From: Macrostomum lignano | Lineage: Eukaryota | Direction of reading: 5' to 3' | NCBI GenBank assembly: GCA_002269645.1 | Contig: NIVC01000553.1 | Span: 404,554-468,553, forward strand | Length of the DNA stretch: 64,000 nt | Part shown: one piece after another, positions 48,440 to 64,000 of the stretch | Layout: each line of letters opens with the position of its first letter | Position numbering within the stretch: position 1 is the stretch's first letter | The notes under the pieces: generated by a model | Databases searched by the model: none | What the model was told of the DNA's origin: nothing | Seen by the model: the letters and a program-made list of their open reading frames with translations, nothing else | Program-made: the position numbers and the translations under genes

Positions 48440-48678
48440 CTCACAATTGTAACTTCAGCGTTAAAATTAATTATTCTCAGAGATGAAGCAGGGCGCAAGA
48501 CTCAAACTGAAGACGTTGATCAAACTGAAATAAAAAACAGTTCAAAGTTACACTGTTTTGAATTTAACGACAAAATTAACCATATAATTTGAATTTGAAA
48601 GCAAAAATGCATTAGATATTCAAAATAAATTAGCCAACCCCAAAGGAGCAGTAAATTCTACTTCGAATTCTAAACATG

Positions 48679-50628
48679 AGAGCTTACAGCTACAGCTTAC
48701 AGCTACAGCTACAGCTTACAGCTACAGCTTACAGCTACAGCTTACAGCTACAGCTTACAGCTACAGCTTACAGCTACAGCTTACAGCTACAGCTTACAGC
48801 TACAGCTTACAGCTACAGCTTACAGCTACAGCTACAGCTTACAGCTACAGCTACAGCTACAGCTTATAGCTACAGCTTACAGCTACAGCTAAAGCTTATA
48901 GCTACAGCTTACAGCTACAGCTTACAGCTACAGCTTACAGCTACAGCTTACAGCTACAGCTTACAGCTACAGCTTACAGCTACAGCTTACAGCTACAGCT
49001 TACAGCTTACAGCTAAAGCTTATAGCTACAGCTTACAGCTACAGCTAAAGCTTATAGCTACAGCTTACAGCTACAGATTACAGCTACAGCTTACAGCTAC
49101 AGCTACAGCTTACAGCTACAGCTTACAGCTACAGCTTACAGCTACAGCTTACAGCTTACAGCTAAAGCTTATAGCTACAGCTTACAGCTACAGCTAAAGC
49201 TTATAGCTACAGCTTACAGCTACAGATTACAGCTACAGCTTAGAGCTACAGCTACAGCTTTTAGCTACATCTTATAGCTACAGCTTATAGCTACAGCTTA
49301 CAGCTACAGCTTACAGCTACAGCTTACAGCTACAGCTTACAGCTACAGCTTACAGCTACAGCTTACAGCTACAGCTTACAGCTACAGCTTACAGCTACAG
49401 CTTACAGCTACAGCTTACAGCTACAGCTTACAGCTACAGCTTACAGCTACAGCTTACAGCTACAGCTTACAGCTACAGCTTACAGCTACAGCTTACAGCT
49501 ACAGCTTACAGCTACAGCTTACAGCTACAGCTTACAGCTACAGCTTACAGCTACAGCTTACAGCTACAGCTTACAGCTACAGCTTACAGCTACAGCTTAC
49601 AGCTACAGCTTACAGCTACAGCTTACAGCTACAGCTTACAGCTACAGCTTACAGCTACAGCTTACAGCTACAGCTTACAGCTACAGCTTACAGCTACAGC
49701 TTACAGCTTACAGCTAAAGCTTATAGCTACAGCTTACAGCTACAGCTAAAGCTTATAGCTACAGCTTACAGCTACAGCTTACAGCTACAGCTTACAGCTA
49801 CAGCTTACAGCTACAGCTTACAGCTACAGCTTACAGCTACAGCTTACAGCTACAGCTTACAGCTACAGCTTACAGCTACAGCTTACAGCTACAGCTTACA
49901 GCTACAGCTTACAGCTACAGCTTACAGCTACAGCTTACAGCTACAGCTTACAGCTACAGCTTACAGCTACAGCTTACAGCTACAGCTTACAGCTACAGCT
50001 TACAGCTACAGCTTACAGCTACAGCTTACAGCTACAGCTTACAGCTTACAGCTAAAGCTTATAGCTACAGCTTACAGCTACAGCTAAAGCTTATAGCTAC
50101 AGCTTACAGCTACAGATTACAGCTACAGCTTACAGCTACAGCTTACAGCTACAGCTTACAGCTTACAGCTAAAGCTTATAGCTACAGCTTACAGCTTACA
50201 GCTAAAGCTTATAGCTACAGCTTACAGCTACAGCTAAAGCTTATAGCTACAGCTTACAGCTACAGATTACAGCTACAGCTTAGAGCTACAGCTACAGCTT
50301 TTAGCTACATCTTATAGCTACAGCTTATAGCTACAGCTTACAGCTACAGCTTACAGCTACAGCTTACAGCTAGAGCTTACAGCTACAGCTTACAGCTACA
50401 GCTTACAGCTACAGCTTACAGCTACAGCTTACAGCTACAGCTTACAGCTACAGCTTACAGCTACAGCTTACAGCTACAGCTTACAGCTACAGCTTACAGC
50501 TACAGCTTACAGCTACAGCTTACAGCTACAGCTTACAGCTTACAGCTACAGCTTACAGCTACAGCTTACAGCTACAGCTTACAGCTACAGCTTACAGCTA
50601 CAGCTTAGTTACAACCTACAGCTTACAG
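48679..50628. repeat. 13-bp satellite (TTACAGC+TACAGC)n
   Basis: Direct reading. Confidence 0.98.
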
Positions 50629-51138
50629 TAATGACTCTAAGACACTAAACCAAGTGCACTGAATAACAGCAATAGTGGCAATATAATTGATTGAATATAC
50701 TAGAAGCAAACGGCTCTGGCAAAAGCAAAAAAAGCCTCGACATGGCTGTCGGCCCTGTTAGCTAAATCGATTTCTCTCGAATAGAATGCAATAGAGTGGG
50801 CTTGCATTCCGTGCAAGCCAGTGGATCAGAGAAGGGCTACTTCGGCGCATTTTAGTATCGATTCAGTGGGTTCATTTTGGATGGACTTTATCAGACAAGA
50901 AATAGAGAGGCTGCAAGCCCCATCAAACAGGCTCTCTGTAGGCACATACGATTAAATGGACGCAACCAACGTTGCAAAAATGTATTTCTGAATAAAGAAT
51001 AATTCAAGAATCAAAATATTTACTTTTCAAGTAACTACACTCAGCAACATTGAAAAGCCTTCACGTCTACGCAAAGCAGCTACACGAGCTGAACGATTGG
51101 CTATTGAAAGTTTTTCGACTATGTTTGGGCCATAGACA

Positions 51139-51435
51139 GGAGGGGGGCCTAGCCCAGTGGTCTAGCGCGACGCTCTGTGCTTGGCCCAGGCTCGATTCCA
51201 AGTGCAGTCACTTTAATTTTAAAGCCAATTAAAGCCAACCCCAAGGCACAGTGTGAAGTGTACATGCCTAACGATAAAAAAGTTCGGTCCACTGTACACT
51301 CCTGTGTGAGTGTGTGCCAGTGCGTATGACTGCTCAGGGGAGTCAGTGGAATGGGTAGTACTCCTCTCGCTGGTTGTGACAATGTCGCTCAAAGTGAACC
51401 AGGTGCACAATGCCCATGCCTCTAATTAAAAATTG
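51139..51435 (+). mobile_element. tRNA-derived SINE, family A copy 1
   Basis: A-box-like TAGCCCAGTGG, B-box-like GGCTCGATTCC, body shared with copies at 53208 and 59172, AT-rich tail. Flanked by the direct repeat GGGCCATAGACA (51127-51138 and 51436-51447). Confidence 0.75.
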
Positions 51436-53207
51436 GGGCCATAGACAATCAAAATAAGGCAACAAAAAAATGAACAGCGAAACAAACCTATTCTAATTCC
51501 CTGTGTGCATGTCCAAAGTACAGTCAGTGACGGGTATAGTATAGCAACCACGAGTGTTTGATCACTAGCTAATGGTTTTTCATTGACTCCCAACAGTGAC
51601 ACTTGAATCACTGAAGCAGTGACGGTGAATGCTTTATGCTTTTAGCTTGCTTTTCTCGTTCGTCTGTTACAATTTGTCGTTCAGTAAAAATGAGAATGTA
51701 CGATATATACGGATTTTTTCGCGGCTTTAGCTTAAGCAATAGCTGTCGTGAAAGAATCTGTCTTGACTGTCTATGTCGTTATTGTACCATTTTGTATGAT
51801 TGTTACCGGGTTTCTATTCAATCCTTCTGTCTATGGCACTTTGAAAAAGCAATAAAAATAAGCAGTCAATCGTCTATGGTAATTGGAAAGGACAGTGAAG
51901 AAAACAGCTGGCAAACAATCGTATTCTTGCCGAAAACCATAGGTGGTCGAAAACCATAGACAAAAGGATACAATTATCGATTTGCTCGGCTTTTTAGTCT
52001 GTGTCTCTAGGCGAGACCAAATCTACTGCTGCCAAATGGGAGTTGTCAACCTGGCTGACAAAAGCAATACTGTAAACACTGATGATTTATGAATAAGAAA
52101 GTTAACTTACTTCGTGCGTGCGTGACCACTGATACACAAGCACTGAGACTTGGCTCAGTACACAGAAACAGGATGCTCGCGCTGACTTAAAAACAAGAAA
52201 TAATCAGTTCTTAGCAGCAGCAGTCTTGGATACTCAAGCTAGCTTTACTTTATTAATCCACTAATTGCAGCCTCGCATCTACCTGGGTATAGCTTCCTGT
52301 TTGTGTAGCGAGAGTAGGTAGAGAGAGAAAGATTCACTAGCTTAAATAATATGGACACGTTGTAGCCTGACCCTTCATCAGCTCAAGGCTGATTGGTCAC
52401 CTAGAATGGAAAGAAGCAGCATGAAGGATGCGACAGGAGCTCACGACAGAGAGACTGCGCATTGAGACTTCTCTCCCCACTGAGTCCACTGACTGATGGT
52501 ATAAGCCTTTATCAATCTTGTCGAAAGGGTTGATTAGTGTTGGATCAGAGGTGCTTAGTTTCAACAGAATTAAAAGCAAAAAAACAGAATTAAGCGTTGC
52601 ATTTCGTGGGCTGGGGGTTGGGGGGCTCCTAGCACAGTGGGCTACAGCATTTGCTAACGAACACTTGCAAGTTAAGAAGAGTTAGCAGCGGTTAGTATAC
52701 GGCTTACTAGGCTGCTTGAGTCACTTGTCAAAGATAATAAAGCAAGAGCCCAACTCATTAGCCCTAATAGCCCTGGTTTACTACTTCAAGTAGAAATAAA
52801 AAATGCAAACTATTGAATATGTGTGCAACAATTAGAAATCTTTTGTGAAATTTAAAATAAAAACTTTATGCTACTTAGTATTTTAAGTAGTATAGTAAAC
52901 ATGAGAAAGGTATTTGGGGTTAAACAGAAAAAAATAATAGGCAATAAGCTCTTTTCTACTCATAAATATATAGATTATAATTGTAGTTTGTGGTAGCCTG
53001 CTAGCCTACACACTTAACCTCACAATGCCCAATTAAGGGTTAGTTGGTCACATGCTTGGGCGCAACCTAGGGATTCACCTGGCCATGTTGCTATTTGCTA
53101 AGAGCAGTCACATGACTACTATTCCATCCAATAGTGACTTATACGTGTGTGTTGCCAATAGAAATGGCCAAGTGATTCTCAAGGTTGCGCATGTATGGTT
53201 GGTCAAA

Positions 53208-53567
53208 AGGGGGTCATAGCCTAGTGGTAGCGCAGCTGCTCTGGTGTGCCAGCAATCCAGGCTTGATTCCAAGTGCAGTCACATTAATTTGGGGCTGAAT
53301 TCGAATTTTGGCTTGGCTCTGCTCATGCAATTAACAGCCTTGAGAGCCAACCCACTAAGGCGCAGTGAAGTGTACATGCCTAACAATAAATAAATTTAGG
53401 GCCGCTGTACACTCTTGTGTGAGTGTGTGCCTGTGTACAAATCTGCACGCTTGCATGCCTGCTTAGGGGAGTCAGTGGAATGGGCAGTAATGCTTCTTGC
53501 GGGTTGTGTGCCCATGTTGCTTAAAGTGCACCAGGGTACACCCAACCCCCTGCCTCTATTTATATTA
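53208..53567 (+). mobile_element. tRNA-derived SINE, family A copy 2
   Basis: Same head and body (GATTCCAAGTGCAGTCAC...GTGAAGTGTACATGCCTAAC...GGGGAGTCAGTGGAATGGG). Perfect 14-bp target-site duplication TATGGTTGGTCAAA (53194-53207 and 53568-53581). Confidence 0.8.
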
Positions 53568-55724
53568 TATGGTTGGTCAAATAGCCAAACTGACTTTACA
53601 ACCTTGACTTTTATTGGGCAATATCTTGCCCTGCCACTGTCTCACACTTTATAAACTAAAAAATAAACCACTTTTTTGCTTTCTGAACTTAGGCTTGATG
53701 AATATTTTTAAGCTGCCAAAACTTTGCTTGATTTGCATTTAATGTTTTTATTTCATATGAATATTTCACGATTTTCAAAAAAAGAAGATTTTAGAATATT
53801 CCTAGAAAAGGCTATCGAAAAAGAAATAGATAGATTATCAAAATGAATTATTAATTTACTTACTAAGAAACATATAAATATTCCTAATAAATTATATAAA
53901 TACCTATAAGTTGCCCATTAATATGAATACACTAAAATATTTGAAATTATTTAGGCCTAAAATTATTACAATATATGAAACATATTAAAGTAAAACTTTA
54001 TATGTACTTATAACATTTTCAAATTATATTTATAATATTAGGCCTAATATAGAAACTATATACTGAAATATATAATTTATATATAAAATATTGGCACCTT
54101 TTGGCCTTAAAAAGCAATAAACAAATTTTAATACAATATTACTCATTTGTTTGGCCTAGTAGTATCTTTTAGGAAATTTGAACAAACTTTAATATCAATA
54201 CTAGAGGTCACAAAATCCTAGATTCTGTCAATCCCAGGATTGATATTTTTCCAGCACCTTATTATAAGTGTTACGGCAGCTAAAGGGGTAATGCTAGTCT
54301 GGTAATCTAATATATTTAACATTTTAGACTATCTAATATATATCACTATCATTATTGATTACTAGGGGCCTATGGCTATGCAAAGCAATATGAATGTATA
54401 TACATATATTACATACTATATAGTAGTACTAGTAGTATGCACATTGCAAAACAAATGTATATGACTCATGGACATGGTTGTGGAGTTGTTGGCCCATGGC
54501 ATGAAGCACACTCACAAGGAGTCACAAGGACTCACAGTCACAACATAAGTCACAACCTGAACCTACTACTGCCTAGGCATTCATATTGTCACTTGTCAGT
54601 CTAGAGTTTAGACTCACAATAACAAGTTCAAACTTTAAAATCAAATCTCAATATTAAATGATTTAAACAAGACTCAACTCAAACAACATAAAGACCTTAC
54701 AAAGTGGGCAATGGAGAATGGACATGTATGCATATATGTTCCATATTTGAACTAACTGCCATTTGATGATAAAATACTTGCTATTATATTAGACATTATA
54801 AAAATATAGCATTAAAATTCTGGGTTTAAATCCTGGCCCATGAATCCTGGAAAAAGCCCTAAATCCTAAGATCCCAGGATTGTGACCCCTTAGGGGTGGC
54901 CTAATCAATACTAAATAACAATTATAACCAAGGCCAAAGTCTAAGTTGTAAAACAAATATATTCTAGCAAAACAGCTATCACCAAAGACACTAGTCTTAT
55001 TACCAAAATGACCTCTGCCTGCCAAAATGACCTCTGACTGAAATGTCTTGCTACCAAAATGACTAGGTAGGCCTAGGCCTAGTTAGTATATAGGACTTAA
55101 TGCATGTGAATTTGTTAAATACCCAACTGATCAAGCCAATCTAGCTAGGGGAAGAGACCATTAGCCGTAGCCCATTAAGTTTGCATTTGCAATAAGCTTA
55201 TACTTATTTCAATCAATATAGCATCCTAAGATGATGGTGGCAGAAAGAACACTCTAAATATTAAAACGGTTTTTAAAAAATTAGATCTTATTCGTAGCCT
55301 AGCTTGATTCTTAGCAGTTACATCTATAATCTTAATTCCTAAGGTGTCCACACTTTTGAGTATCAGTGCTCTTTGGTACCCAGAATTTCGGTACCCAAGG
55401 TTGCTTTTTGGTGCTTGAAGAATACATACCCTCTTCTTGGTCTTGGGATCCAAATTAATCTAGATAACATGCACACGGTAGACCTTTTTAAATCGTTTTA
55501 CAAGACATCAAACAGAATAACAAATCCAGTTAAGTTTTTATAAAAAAATATTATAAAAGTAAGTAAAAAGCCTTTCTTATGCTTAAAAGAGATAAGTGAC
55601 TATAATTTTTTTCTTTGAAAATAATTTTTTAAGTGCTAATATTGTTTTATACACACTTTTAACATGGCATACTCCAACATTTTTTGTGCCTTTTGTTTTC
55701 TATAGACTATTGAATGCTTCCGCA

Positions 55725-63227
<7,503 letters not shown>

Positions 63228-63274
63228 GTGAGGCTGACCACAGATGGATATTTGTCTGAGCACATTGGGTGTGC

Positions 63275-64000
63275 TCAGATCCCATTTATTCTGAGTTTTC
63301 CCATCTCCAAGTTTCTCTAAGATCCCATTCTGTGTCTCTTCCCATCTCCGAGTGATTCTCAGATCCCATTCTGTGTCTCTTTCCATCTCCGAGTGATTCT
63401 CAGATCCCATTCTGTGTCTTCCAATCTCCGAGTGCCTCTCAGATCCTATTCTGTGTCTTCCAATCTCCGAGTGCCTCTCAGATCCCATTCTGTGTCTTCC
63501 AATCTCCGAGTGCCTCTCAGATCCCATTCTGTGTCTCTTCCCATCTCCGAGTGATTCTCAGATCCCATTCTGTGTTTCTTCCCATCTCCCAGTTTCTCTC
63601 AGATCCCATTCTGTGTTTCTTCCCATCTCCCAGTTTCTCTCAGATCCCATTCTGTGTCTCTTTCCATCTCCGAGTGATTCTCAGATCCCATTCTGTGTCT
63701 TCCAATCTCCGAGTGCCTCTCAGATCCCATTCTGTGTCTTCCAATCTCCGAGTGCCTCTCAGATCCCATTCTGTGTCTTCCAATCTCCGAGTGCCTCTCA
63801 GATCCCATTCTGTGTCTTCCAATCTCCGAGTGCCTCTCAGATCCCATTCTGTGTCTCTTCCCATCTCCGAGTGATTCTCAGATCCCATTCTGTGTTTCTT
63901 CCCATCTCCCAGTTTCTCTCAGATCCCATTCTGTGTCTCTTCCCATCTCAAAGTGCCTCTCAGATCCCATTTTGTCTCTCTTCCCATCTCCAAGTGCCTC
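63275..64000. repeat. 39/41-bp minisatellite in TMEM67 intron 11, truncated by the window end
   Basis: Unit CAGATCCCATTCTGTGTCTTCCAATCTCCGAGTGCCTCT. Confidence 0.95.

Overview
Eukaryotic (animal) genomic DNA. It has GC-rich exons, spliceosomal introns and about 35 tandem-repeat arrays, most of them inside introns. This architecture resembles the free-living flatworm Macrostomum, but that is an inference and not proven. I built seven spliced protein-coding models by hand from splice sites and reading-frame phase. (1) An orphan 3-exon membrane protein (+, 4152-7131). (2) A 5-exon coiled-coil/low-complexity protein of about 1067 aa (-, 7652-19143). (3) An intronless procollagen galactosyltransferase (COLGALT/GT25, -, 13093-14985) lying inside an intron of gene 2. 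(4) A MANSC-domain mucin-like type I membrane protein (-, 22781-27971). (5) KLHDC4 (-, 32291-40997), with an in-frame TAG at a conserved Gln. (6) A C20orf27/ADISSP homologue (-, 45941-48439). (7) TMEM67/meckelin (+, from 55725, running off the window end). There are also two tRNA-derived SINE families, one of them CORE-type. Almost all long repetitive ORFs in the supplied track are translations of non-coding minisatellites. I found no rRNA, no true tRNA and no CRISPR array. The most notable observations are the KLHDC4 stop codon, a 15-fold tandemly amplified splice donor, a same-strand nested gene, and a cluster of eight RFX X-box motifs encoded within a protein repeat.
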